Origin: Eledone cirrhosa
Lineage: Eukaryota
Reading direction: 5' to 3'
NCBI GenBank assembly: GCA_964016885.1
Contig: OZ024741.1
Span: forward strand, 211,544,001-211,608,000
DNA length: 64,000 nucleotides
The position numbers and the translations under genes were made by a program. Positions 14,401 to 29,400 of the stretch are shown piece after piece. Below the pieces are notes generated by a model that did not search any database, was not told the origin of the DNA, and was given only the letters and a program-made list of their open reading frames with translations. The stretch's first letter is position 1. Every line of letters starts with the position of its first letter.

Positions 14401-15470
14401 CGCCATTACTACCACCACCACTACCACCGCCATTTCTATCACCATCACTCTACCACCAATACTACTACCACTACAACTTCCACTACCACCTCTACCAGTA
14501 CCACGATCCGCTACCATTACTACCACCACCACTGCACCACCACTACTGTCCCCATTACTACTACCACTACTATAATCCGCTGCCATTACTACCACCATCA
14601 CTCCACCACCACTAATACAACTACCACTACCACGATCCGCAGCCATTACTACCACCAAACCCACCACCACCACTACTACCACCATTACCACCTCTACCAC
14701 TACCACGATCCGCCGCTATTACTACCACCAATCCCCAACACCACCACTACTACCACCACTCCCACCACTACCACCTCTACCGCTATCACGATCCGCTGCC
14801 ATTACTACCACCAACTCTCACCACCACTACAACCTCCATTACTACTAATACCACTACTACAATCCGCTGCCGTTACTACCACCAACCCCAACACCACCAC
14901 TACTACCACCACTACCACCACTACCCCCTCTACCACTACCACGATCCGCCGCCATTACTACCACCAACCCCCACCACCACTACTACCACTACTACAGCTA
15001 CCACTACCACGATCCGCCGCCATTACTACTACCAATTGTCACCACCACTACTACATCCACTACTACCTCCACTACTACTACTACCACTACTACAATCCGC
15101 TGCCGTTACTACCACCAACCCCCACCACCACCGCTACTACCACCACTACCACCTCTACCACTATCACGATCCGCTGCCGTTACTACCACCAACCCCTACC
15201 ACCACTACTACCACCACTACCACGATGCGCCGCCACTACCAAAACCATCACCAACAACATAACCACCATCTCCAATGTGGTATAACAATCCTAGCCACTA
15301 CCACCACTACCACCCCCACTACACATACCACTTCCATCGTCAATATTCGCACGACAAAACTACCCTCACCATATCCACCACCATTACCCCTACACGCACC
15401 ACTACCATCCCCACCATTACCTATTAAAACTATAACAACAACAACATCAACAACGACGACGACAACAACA
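14400..15470. repeat. Complex (ACC/ACT)n repeat with recurring acgatccgctgccattact motif
   Basis: Directly visible. Confidence 0.85.
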
Positions 15471-15989
15471 AAGTCGAGGTGAAAACTGTGTAGCTAATAT
15501 CGTTCTATGGTTCTGTGCAAAAGCTTGATATTAAAAAGAAGTTTCAATGCATACAACATTTAGAAATTTATGAATGGTGAAAATGTTAAAATACATGATT
15601 TCTTCTCAGCTTAAATATTTCACGTTATTGTAATGTAAAGTTATGATTGAGTTCAGTTAGTGTGGATGAAAGTATCTCACTAGAAATTCATCTCGAGAAG
15701 TTCACTTCTGCAATTGTATGGTGTAAAAATATTTGAAAGATCATTAAAATTGAACACTATATTGGTTTTTCCCATTTCAGTGAATGTTCTCGAAATTTCC
15801 ATCAGAACCTACGAGTAAATTGATGATTAAATAATTTTATCTTTTTTTTTATATTTCCATAATTATATAACTTTTGTTTGTAAAATATATTTGGCATAAA
15901 ATACAATAAAATCGAGAAAAAGAAACGATCGACTTTCGTCAAATCGGACCTAGGAAACAATGTTTCCATTGGTCTTTCCAATTGTTAAT

Positions 15990-16140
15990 ACTATCTATCG
16001 GTCGCAACTCCAGGTAGAAGGAGCAACGTGAAATAAAGTCTCTTGCTCAAGGACATAACTCATCGCCTGGTCCAGGAATCGAACCGACAACCTCACGATT
16101 GCGAATCCAGTTCTCTAACCACTCAGCCACACGCCTTCAC
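15990..16140 (-). mobile_element. tRNA-derived CORE-like SINE
   Basis: Minus strand: gtggctgagtggttag (A box), ggttcgattcct (B box), tgtccttgagcaagagactttatttcacgttgctcc. Confidence 0.8.
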
Positions 16141-16205
16141 AGATTAAAAAAAACAATGTATGGATACAATAATTTTATATATTAATATACTTCTACTTGT
16201 TAGCT

Positions 16206-16243
16206 GTCAGGATGGCCTGGTGGTCTAAGGTGCCAGACTCAAG
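16206..16243 (+). pseudogene. tRNA-Leu(CAA) 5' half, followed by intron-like sequence; 3' half absent
   Basis: gtcaggatggcctggtggtctaaggtgccagactcaag, nearly matching metazoan tRNA-Leu-CAA GTCAGGATGGCCGAGTGGTCTAAGGCGCCAGACTCAAG. Confidence 0.75.
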
Positions 16244-16279
16244 ATGTTATACCTTAACTAGAAGGTTGAGTTATAGGGT

Positions 16280-18022
16280 GGGGGACGTAAATTGGAAATA
16301 TCGGTAGAACGACCAGCAATATGCTTTATGACATAGGGTTACGTCCCTTTACGATCTGAATTCAAATACTGCCGAGGTAAGCTTTGCCTTTGATTCTTAT
16401 GGAGTCGATAAAATAAAGTGCCAGTATACACTGGGGTTGATTTAATCAACTTTTCCCCTCTCCCCTTCAAATTCATGGCCTTGTGCCTAAAGTAGAAACA
16501 AATTACTCCATAATTGTATAATTTTTATTTGTAAAATATATTTGATATAAAATAAAATAAACAAATACATTTAAAAGATAAAAATCAAATGTATAAATGC
16601 AATAATTTTCTTGCTGATTGCTTTTCAATTGATACTAATAAATGTGATCGATTATCTTCCTGAAATGCCTAGAGAATGGCAAATCAGTTTTGTTTTGTTA
16701 ACTATTTTAAATAAATTCGAATCTAATTGACAGTGTCAGTTTGACATAAGTGACTTTGACATGATTTAAACGTTGACTGTTTATTAAAGAAACATCGCTA
16801 ATTAACATTCCAGAGCGTCTCACAGTCTTAATTACAATCTTGAAAGTCAAATGTCTTAAACGTAAAACATGAACACATCTTACTATTGTTGAGAGCGGTG
16901 TATTGGCAGTATCGGTAGAGAGTCGGACAGCATGCTTTTATAGCATAGAGTTACGGCCATTTACGATCTGAGTTCAAATCCCGTCGAGGTTAACTTTGTC
17001 TTTCATCCTTACGGGGTCGATAATATAAAGTACCAGGCACGCACTGGGGTCGATTTAATCGACTTTCCCTTCCCCCAAAATTGCTAGCCTTGTGCCTATA
17101 TAAGAAACCACTATTGTTGTTGTTGTTGCGAGGGTGGGGGCATTAGTAGTATTGATAGAGAACAAGAAAACATGCTTGGTAGAATAGGGTTACGGCCCTT
17201 TATGTTCTGATTTCTAATCCCATCGACGTTAGCTTTAGAAGTACCAGTAACGCACTGAAGGCGATTTAATCGACTTTCCTCTCCCTTGTAGACTTGTGAC
17301 TAGATCAGAAAATATTATTGTTGTTGTTATTGTTGTTGAGAGGCCGCTTGATTGGCAGTATCGATAGGACGCCAGAAAACATACTTTGCAGCTTAGAGTT
17401 ACGGTCCTTTACGTTCTTAGTTCAAATCTAACCAACGTTACCTTTGTTTTTCATCCTTACGGGGTCGATACAAGAAATACCAGTAACACAGTGGGAACGA
17501 TTTTATTGACTTTGACCTCCCCCAAACTATGATTATTGTTATAAGGTCACTGGATTGGCAGTGTCAGCAGATCATCGGACAACATGCTTTTTCGGCATAT
17601 AGTTACGTCCCTTTACGTTCTGTGTTCAAATACCAGCGAGGTTAGTTTTGTCTTTTCGGAGTCTATAGCATAAAGTATCAGTAACATTCTGGAGCCGATT
17701 TAATCGACTTTCCCCTCACCAAAACTTTTGGCCGTGTAAGGCGGTGGATTGGCAGTATTGGTAGATTGTCGGACGCCATGCTTTGCAGCAAAGAGTTACG
17801 TCTCTTTATGGTCTGAGTTCAAATCCCGCCGAGGTTAACTTTGCCTTTCATCCTTACGGGGTCGATAAAATAAAGTACCAGTAATACACTGGGATAATTG
17901 CTGGCATTGTGCCAAATGTAGAAACAATTATTACTAATAAATAGGGCGGTGGATTGGCAGTATCGATAAAGGGTCTGACGCCATGCTTTGCAGCAAAGAG
18001 TTACGGCCCTTTATGGTCTGAG
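16280..18022 (+). mobile_element. Cluster of about 7 Nin-domain-like tRNA SINEs (best copy 17738-17933; last copy cut at 18022)
   Basis: ggcggtggattggcagtattggtag (A box), gagttcaaatcc (B box), gcctttcatccttacggggtcgataaaataaagtacca core. Confidence 0.85.
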
Positions 18023-18850
18023 TGGTGGTGGTGGTGGTGGTTGCTTCAGAACTGCTCCAAACCAAAATAGCGGATAACAACCATATTTATGTATTATATA
18101 CAAAGCCACAACATTATTGGCTATGTGTTTAAATCCGAAACCCTTATTGCTGTTATCCTGGTTGTTTACATGTTGTTTCGTCTCTCCATTTTCTGGGCTT
18201 TGTGGTATCTAATCCGGATCTGGATCTGTGTTCAAACACCGCATCTTTCGGCAGAGCGTACTAGTAACCGGAGGACTAAATGAAACCTAGTTTCCTTGGC
18301 CAGATCTGACGATCAGCTTCTCCTTTCCTCTGTTAATGTGGCGGCATTCACCCTGGGTCGGTTGAGCCGGCTCCGTCAAACGAATTTACCATATCTCGAA
18401 TGAAAGCCGACCAAGCACGACGGTCCGACGCTATCGAAGATACGAGTGTCAGCCATTCGTTCGCAGTTCCATCGCCGAACTCCATACAGGCGTAGGCCTA
18501 AGATCAGCTCAGCGTCTTGCCTCACCATCCTAAGCCACGTTTTCAGTTGGCCTCCACGAAGTTTCCTCCATCCCAACGAAGGAGATGGATCAATGGCGTC
18601 GCGGATGATATCGCCCAGTAGTCGAAGGAGAGCATGACCAAGCCTGCGAAGACCCCTCGTGAGAAAAGCTTGCTGGAGGGAGGAGATTTTGCAGCATGCA
18701 CGGATTGCAGAATTCGAGAAGGATTGTTGCCAGCGAACACGAAGGATGTGGCGTAAACAATGATGGTCGAACACTTCGAGTTTGCGCATGTCCTCTGCTC
18801 TCAGTTGCCAGGTTTCGCAGCCGTATAGCAGGATTGTTCGGACAAGGGCT
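18023..18850 (-). mobile_element. RTE-like LINE 3' fragment with (ACC)n tail
   Basis: CETWQLRAEDMRKLEVFDHHCLRHILRVRWQ...RGGQLKTW; (GGT)n at 18023-18040 abuts a cut SINE. Confidence 0.7.
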
Positions 18851-19074
18851 TGGTAGATCCGAATTTTCGTTTGTTTCCTTTCTTTACACGCATGTCAACA
18901 TTAAACCAGAAAATATTTTATGAAAAGGCTGAAGTCCCAATGTGCAATATCTTCTCCAGTCATTTACTTCACATTGGATGTCATCACCCAATGTATTTTA
19001 TTCTCATCTTTGTTAAAGCTGTAAAGGTCGATATGAAGAGGATATTGGTTTGATCGATGTACAAATAATGATTT

Positions 19075-19490
19075 CTGATTTAGGCAAAATACCAACATCA
19101 TTTTTTTGGAATTCGATTAAATCGACACCAGTGCGTGACTGGTACTCTATTTTATCGACCCCGTAAGGATGAAAGACAAAGCTAACCTTGGCGGGACTTG
19201 AACTCAGATCATAAAGGGCCGCAACTCTTTGCTGCAAAGCATGGCGTCCGACCCTCTACCAATACTGACAATTCACCGCCTTTGATGCACAAATAATTGT
19301 TTCTACTTTTGGCACAAGGCAGGCAATTACCCAGTACATTACTAGTAATTTATTTTATCGACCCCGTAAGGATGAAAGGCAAAGTTAACCTCGACGGGAT
19401 TTGAACTCCGACCATAAAGGGGCGTAACGCTTTTCTGCAAAGCATGGCGTCCGACCCTCTAGCGATACTGTCAATCCACCGTCCTTTGAT
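19075..19490 (-). mobile_element. Two tandem Nin-domain-like SINEs
   Basis: Same core as 17738-17933, reverse orientation. Confidence 0.8.
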
Positions 19491-19644
19491 GCACAAATAT
19501 TATTCACGTTTCATGCAAGATATTTTCATATCTTAATTTTATAACGTCATAATACTTCTTCGCAACTCCCTCCTCATAGAAGGAGCTACATTGATATTTT
19601 ACATAGAAAAAATTGTCGAATAACTTAATCGATATTTGAATTCA

Positions 19645-20071
<427 letters not shown>

Positions 20072-20180
20072 TGTATATATAATTACATATATACATATCA
20101 TGTATATATATATATATATATAAACACACACACACACACATATATATATGGATATATATATATATATAAATATATATATC

Positions 20181-20231
<51 letters not shown>

Positions 20232-20378
20232 AGGACGATTTGTTAAGCCTTCATTACATTTACTGATTGGTGACCCGCTTTTCGTTATTGATCAGCTCAA
20301 GGTTCGATCTGTATCGATCTGGCCCGACTCTTGAGTAAAAAGATCGGCGGACCTCTGGTATTGTAATGGCAGAATGAG

Positions 20379-20435
<57 letters not shown>

Positions 20436-20964
20436 ATAATAGTAAATTCGAAGACTGAAACCCAAAGAGGGCTCGATAAGGATAAATATATATCAAATAT
20501 ATAAGAACCGTAGAGCAAATATTTATTAAAATAACAGATTAAAGTTTAAACAAAGAATCGCTGCTTTCACCCTTAACGGGATCTTCTGAAACTAACAAAG
20601 TCAATCTGTCAACGCAGAAGTGAATATTTCAAAAAACGTTGCAACCGGAGGAAGACAGGAAGACGATACTTTGTTTCGTGGAAACGTTCTCTGGCAAAGA
20701 ACGGGAAAAAACGATTATAATACGTCATTAATTGGAGCGATGAAAAACAATTACACGCAAAGACAGAACCACGTTTATGGTATGAAAGAAGTCGTAGACT
20801 AATATTCTCTTAGGTGGTTTGTAGAGACGTTCTCTGGCAATGAACGAAAAAAAACGAAGATAATACGTCATATGTGGACCGTGGAGAACAATTGCACGCA
20901 AAGACAAAACCACGTAAATGGTATAGCTGAAGTCGTAGACTAAAATTGTAACTAGGAAACTGAA

Positions 20965-23100
20965 TGATTCCCAGCATTGCTACCCTTCGAAAATGATGTC
21001 TTGGAACTCATACGGAGTATCAAATTTCGGAATAGGAGTAATTCCTTCCAGCAGGACCTGAAGAATAGAATTCGTTCTATTAAGGATTCTAATGCCGTGC
21101 ACGTCCATTCCGACAAAACTGGCAACCTATATCAAGTGGAGCGCAGTACTTACCATCAACTACTACATAATGCTGTAACTAAGGATTACCGTAAAACTAA
21201 TCGGTGCGTCATCAATGAAATCAACGATGCTGAGTTTAAAATCACCTCTGATCTCAACATCCTGGACCGGACCGAACCTCTGGACCCTATTTCTCCCCAT
21301 TTTACCCTGAAGGATCACACATCCAATTTCCCGAACAACCCCTCCATTCGGCTTATTAACACTACGAAGTCCGATTTAGGTAGACTTAGTAAAAGGATTC
21401 TTGATAGAATTATACCTGAAATTAGAAGTTTGGCCCCTCTTGCACTGTGGTACAATTCTTTCGCGGTGATTGATTGGTTCAACGGCATATGCAACAAGGA
21501 ACATTGCCGTTTTATCCAATTCGACATCAATAATTACTCCTCCTCCATCACTTTACCACTTCTCCTTAGAGCTATCAATTTCGCTAAAACACTCACAGTG
21601 GTTAAGGATTTCGAAGTTGATGTCATCCTCAATTCCCGTAAGTCGGTGATTAATTTCGAAGACTCTATTTGGATTAAAAAATCCAATAGTGCCCCATTCA
21701 ACGTGAGTAAGGGCGCCAGCGATTCTGCGGAGGTTACTGATCTTATCGGCCTTTTCCTTTTTTTCTCTATCAAGGACGAATTCTCCAGCGCGGGCCGTGG
21801 TTTGTACAGTGATGATGGTCTTTTGACACTAAGTGCGGCCCTGGTGCTTGCGACAGGTTCAGAAAAGAACTAACAGCCTTCTTTAAAGGCTTCAGCCTCT
21901 CTATACAGGTTGAGGCCAACCTCTCGGTCGTTAATTACCTCGACGTTACCCTCAATTTATCGAATGGCTTGTATTACCCGTTTATAAAACCGAATGATAC
22001 GCTTAATTACATAAGTAAGCATTCCAACCATCCTGCCAGCATAACCATAAACCTGGTAAGAAACGTTTCGTTGAGGCTTTCCCGTCTATCTACTAACGAG
22101 CATATTTTCAACGACCGTTCCACATATTACAATGAAGCTCTTGCTCGGAGTGGATTTGTCGATAAGGAAGTATATACAGAGTACGAGAATAGACCTAGAA
22201 GAAATAGATCCCGACGTATTATATGGTATAACCCACCATTTAATATGAAGGTGGCCACACCATTAGCTAAGATATTTCTATCCCTTATTACGAAGCATTT
22301 CCCCCCTACACATAAATATAGTAACATTTTTAATAGAAATACTATTAAAATTTCTTACTCTACGACTCCTAACCTTGCACATAACATCACAGCTTCAAAT
22401 TTAGCTAAACTACCTACCCGTAGGAACACGTGAAACCCTGTAGTTAGTACTAACTGTAATTGTAGGAATCGGGTTGATTGCCCCCTATCCGGGAAATGCC
22501 TCTCTAGTAACATTATCTACAAATGTAAGGTTGAAACATCCACGTCCCGTAGGGCCTACATAGGGTTAACCTCCAATAGATTCAAGCAGCGTCTTTACAT
22601 GCATACCCATTTTTTTCGTTACCCTCTAAGAAGTAATATGACGTCACTTTCAGCTTATATCTGGAGTCTAAAAGACAACCACACCCAATATAAGTTACAC
22701 TGGGAGATCCTAGCTAGGGCTAGATCGTATAAAGGAAATAAAAGACCATGTGACCTCTGCGCCGCAGAGGCCCTGGAAATACTCTACGCCGCAGACCACA
22801 TCTTAAACAAAAAATCTGAGGCAATATCGGCTTGTAAACCTAAATTGCACAAAACTTTCCTGTATTACAGCCCCACATTATACCCTAACGGATAGTACGA
22901 TCTATACGCAGATATTTTATGTCTTGATGTGGTAGATACGTATATGTTATGTTTATACCATTACTTATTTGCATAGGTAAGTATATATTACCTGTATGTT
23001 TTGTGAAAGTACGTATACTGTCTCGTACGTATATTTGATTGTATATGTTATGGCGTATATTTTTATATATTCTGGTACATATGCTTTTGGTTATGTATAT
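20965..23100 (+). mobile_element. Penelope-like element 3, 5'-truncated and frameshifted (RT + CxCx5C + GIY-YIG)
   Basis: SDKTGNLY, FIQFDINNY, GLYSDDGL, WYNPPF, CNCRNRVDCP, YIGLTSNRFK, CDLC. Confidence 0.9.
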
Positions 23101-23118
23101 ATATATACATATATTTAT

Positions 23119-23570
23119 AAAATAAAGTTAAATAAAAGTCAAATGATTAAAATTTAGCTTCGTTTATTACTGCTATATATATTTCAGTGACAGCCATCTT
23201 TGGCTGTGACCTCTTCAGGCAGTTTGAATTAGTATGGTATAGACAAGTACATATGTTGTTGTGGTGTACAATATTAACAACCCAACAAGGAACTGGGCAT
23301 ATCAGAGTATTGACAATATTGTACACCGCAACAACATATGTACTTGTCTATACCATACTAATTCAAACTGCCTGAAGAGGTCACAGCCAAAGATGGCTGT
23401 CACTGAAATATATATAGCAGTAATAAACGAAGCTAAATTTTAATCATTTGACTTTTATTTAACTTTATTTTACATTACTCCGGAGTAACCAACCAACCTG
23501 CGCACTTCGTCGAGTGCTCCAGCCTGCATACTGAGGTGTTGGTATACAACCAACATAAACTCAAAATCTA
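23119..23570 (+). mobile_element. Foldback element with two divergent hammerheads (family D): 23169-23223 (-) and 23367-23421 (+)
   Basis: Arms 23119-23275/23315-23471; actgc CTGAAGA ggtcacagcc-aaagat-ggctgtcact GAAA tatata TA gcagt, then AATAAA. Confidence 0.85.
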
Positions 23571-23656
23571 TATATATTTATATATATATATACATATATT
23601 TATATATATATATACATATATTTATATATATATATATACATATATTTATATATATG

Positions 23657-23715
<59 letters not shown>

Positions 23716-23730
23716 ATTTATTTATATATA

Positions 23731-23807
<77 letters not shown>

Positions 23808-23820
23808 ATACATATATATA

Positions 23821-23858
<38 letters not shown>

Positions 23859-23876
23859 TATATATATATATATATA

Positions 23877-23952
<76 letters not shown>

Positions 23953-23954
<2 letters not shown>

Positions 23955-24182
23955 ACGAAGAAAATGTGGTAAGGAACCAGGTGGACCATAACGCACCAAA
24001 GTACTCAATACTTAGGGTAGTAGAGTGGGTAATAAGCACAAGTAAGACCCCGACGGCTGAGCTCAAGCCGTTTCGACGGCTAATTCTGTACTCTAATTAA
24101 GTACAGAATTCTGTACGCTAATTCAGTAGAGAATTAGCCGTCGAAACGGCTTGAGCTCAGCCGTCGGGGTCTTACTTGTTCC
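23953..24182 (-). mobile_element. Foldback element built from two hammerhead 3' halves (family E)
   Basis: agaattagccgtc GAAA cggc-ttgagctca-gccg TC ggggtc on both strands; second copy at 45988-46186. Confidence 0.7.
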
Positions 24183-24212
24183 TATATATATATTTATATA
24201 TATATATATATA

Positions 24213-24290
<78 letters not shown>

Positions 24291-24294
<4 letters not shown>

Positions 24295-24672
24295 TAGCGA
24301 AACAAACGGTTATTAAACAATTTTCTAAATAAATGAAAAAATGATAAAAATAATCACCTGTTCAGATGCTGTTACCGACGGTTTCATCATTCCGAAAGAT
24401 TGAAAATCCAACGAAGATTCATTTCTTTCCATTGGAAATTCGTTGGATTTCCAATCTTTCGGAATGATGAAACCGTCGGTAACAGCATCTGAACAGGTGA
24501 TTATTTAATCATTTTTTAATTTATTTAGAAAATTGTTTAATAACCGTTTGTTTCGCTACTTTTATATTGTTCTGGTATCTCGAATTAGTGCCATTGAACC
24601 ACATGTATTATAAACAACTTGAATATTTCTACAAGTACATTGTACCTGTTGAAGTATCCATCCACTTCTATA
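24291..24672 (+). mobile_element. Foldback element with possible hammerhead 3' halves (family F)
   Basis: Arms about 24291-24414/24439-24562 containing GAAA ccg TC ggtaac; extra tail on the + arm; (TA)n flanks. Confidence 0.6.
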
Positions 24673-24696
24673 ATATATATATATATATATATATAT

Positions 24697-26007
<1,311 letters not shown>

Positions 26008-26376
26008 TTATTTAAGCAAGACAAGACCACCACAAATTTCACAAGGAAGACATTATTAAAAGATTGTCAACATATTTTAGTTTGATGTAAGGAATGTAGA
26101 AAATAATAATAATATTAATAATAATAATGTCCGTTTACAATTGTTTCGCTACTCCATATAATATTTCTGGATCAGATGACTATATATCATAATTGATTTG
26201 GTTCAGTTGAAAATAATTAACATATTTCAAAAAACAGAGTAAAAATAAAAATAATGTTACATAATATAATGTTCCATATATTGGTTTTTACTATGGTGTC
26301 TTGGTTGCATCAGCTGTCAGCCATAATCAAGCAGTATTCATCTGTCGAGGCTGCATTGTGTGAGATCTGCCTATGG

Positions 26377-26378
<2 letters not shown>

Positions 26379-26417
<39 letters not shown>

Positions 26418-29400
26418 GTTGCATTTATCTTGCTTTATGTTCATACGAGTTATCACCAAGTCACAACCAGTGACCTCAAGAGACAACAAGGTCCGCCATG
26501 TTCAAGAAAGAACATACATACTCACACATGCATCCTCAGTGTTTAGACTTGTGATGTACTTATATTGACAGAATCTTCCTTAGTATATGGGCAGTTCCCA
26601 TTAGTACTGTCTTTTGTATTTCTCCTATACGCGGGTTTCCTGGGATTTGCGATAAGTAATCATTAGACCCCTTAGGTATCGTTCCCAGAGCGCCTACAAC
26701 CACTGGTATTGTTTTAGTTCTCAATTTCCACATTTTTCCAATTTCTATCTCCAGGTCCTTATACTTGCTCAATTTTTCAAATGTTTTTATAGATACATTC
26801 TTGTCTATTGGAACAGACATATCAATTAGCAGGCATACCCTCTTTTAAAGTCCTTCAATATTATATCAGGTCTATTTGCATCTATTTTTCGGTTTGTTTG
26901 GATGCTAAAGTTCCACAAGATTGAGATGTGATCTTTTTCAAGTATGGGAGGTGGTTGATGCTCCCACCAATTCTTTTGATGGGGCAGGTCAAAATGCTTA
27001 CACATTATCCAATGTATGTATTGTGCAGCTCTGTCATGCCTGTTTAGGTATTCGGTTGGAGCTATAGGACTGCACATTGAAATTATATGGTCAATGGTCT
27101 CTGGTTGTTTTTTGCATACACGGCATAATGGGCTGCATCCATTTTTTATTATGTTGGCTTGGTAATTTTTTGTTGGCAGACACTGATCTTGTGCTGATAT
27201 AATCAGTCCTTCAGTCTCCGATTTCAGTCCAGAGGATGCCAACCACTGATGGGTTAAAGTTTTGTCAACATCAGGATTGTTAGCTCGCTCTGGGTATTTT
27301 CCATACAGAGGCTTTTCTTGCCATTTCTTAGCCAGTTTCTGTAGCAGTTCTTTCTTTGCAGTTACTTTTACCTGCTTTGCTTTTTCTGTGTTTTCCATTT
27401 CAGCAGTAAATGGGACTTCTGAAATTTGTAGTCCATTACTGTATCTTTGTGCATCTTTTGTAATGGAATATGATCTTTTGATGCTTTCGTGTTTCAAAAC
27501 GAATTTGATCATCCAATCATGTGATTCCCTTAGATATGTAGATAATCCAATTGTCGCAGTTTTCAACGCAATGTCTAACTGGATTAACCCACGTCCTCCT
27601 TCTTTCCTAGGGAGATATATTCTATCTATATCTGCCTTAGGGTGATGCATTCTGTGCATGGTTAAGAATTTTCGAATTTTTGTATCGAGCCTACGGATCT
27701 CCGTGCTTGACCAGTTGATGACATTGTAACTGTAGGTTACTACTGGTATGGCAAGCGTGTTTATGGCATCGATCCTATTCCTTGCATTCAATTCCGTTCT
27801 TAAGATTGCTTTTACTCTGCGGTAACATTCCTTCCTTATCCTTTCCCTCATTGTCGAGTACTTGATTCCGTCTCCTTCACAAACACCTAGATATTTGTAA
27901 GTTCTTTCTTGATCAAGTTCTCTTATCACGTTCCCCCGATCAAGATTAATGTCTGAACTCTTCAGCAGCTTTCCTCTGGTGAACGTTGCTTTGGCGCATT
28001 TATCTAGTCCAAACTCCATTTTGATGTCATCACTGAACTGCTCCACAGTGGATAATAGCCCTTGCAATTGTTCATCATTTTTTGCAAATAGTTTCAGGTC
28101 ATCCATGTAGAACAGGTGATTAATGGTTTTGTCATAGACTTTATATCCATGTTTTGTTTCATTGAGCATTTTACTTAATGGTATAAGTGCGATGCAGAAT
28201 AAAAGCGGTGATAAAGAGTCACCCTGAAAAATTCCACAATTAATATTAACTTCTCCAGCTTCCAGTGATTTTGTTTCACTATTCAAAAGGAGTGTTCATT
28301 TTCCATGTCTTCATACTGAATGACAAAAATCTCCTGACAACGGGGGATATTTTGAAAATCTCTAAACATTTTTCAATCCAACTGTGTGGCAAACTATCGA
28401 ATGCTTTTTTATAATCTATCCAAGCAATCGATAGATTTTTGTGTCTATTATGACAATCTTCCAGTATCATTTTGTTAACCAGAAGCTGATCCTTACAGCC
28501 ATATGAGCCTCGTTTACACCCTTTCTGCTCAATGGGAAATAGGTCATGTGTATTCAGTTAGGACTGATGTTAAACTTTTATACATTGTGGTCAAGCAAGT
28601 TATCGGTCTGTAATTTTTGGGATTGTTTGTCTCATCATTCTTCGGAAGCAGGAATGTCATGCCGTTAACTAGCCATGATGATATCTTTTCTGGCTCCTTA
28701 ACTATTTCATTGTAAAGTTGGGCTAACAGCTCATGAGACTCTGTGAAGGCATTTATCCAAAAGTTTTGTATTTTGTCTTTTCCTGGGAATTTCCATTTGC
28801 TGGTTTTTCTTAGAGCCAAGCGCAACTGTTCAACTGTTATATTTTCCCATATTTGTTCCTCAAGGTGAGCTTTATCTTTCATTTGTCTGTCTATCCATGG
28901 GGCATGTATGTTATGAACTTTTTCTTCGGCCCAGATCTTTTCCCAGAATTCTTGCACTTCCTCCTTGGGTCGTATTGATCTAGCAGTTATTGTTGACTTA
29001 CCAATTTTTCTGTAGAAGTTTCTTTGGTTGTTTTTGAACATATTATTGTCCTTATAGAATCTAGATCGTTTTTCAAAGCGCCTTATACGAGCAGCTTTGG
29101 CCGACACTTTTTGCTTGATTATTTCTATCAGCATGTCTATGTCACATGTTGATTTTATACTGTACTTTTTTTTCAATTTTCTAAGTTTAGTTTGTTTAAC
29201 ATGTTCACCTACTTTATAGTTTGTTAAAATTTCTATGTCAGATCGGAGAAGGTTTATTTGGCGATTGATGTTCTCTTGCCAAGTAGATTTCTTGTGGGAA
29301 TTCCTTTGTTTTTTCATCTTCACTCCACATAAGTGAGTGGTGACTTTAGCCGATGCATAATAGAGATGATTTAAATCAGTAATGTTTAGTTTGTTTGTGA

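Noticed and set aside
20555-20600. Minus-strand hammerhead-like CAGAAGA-tcccgttaagggt-GAAA
   Set aside because: Core mutated, no NUH site and no stem I pairing; at best a relic
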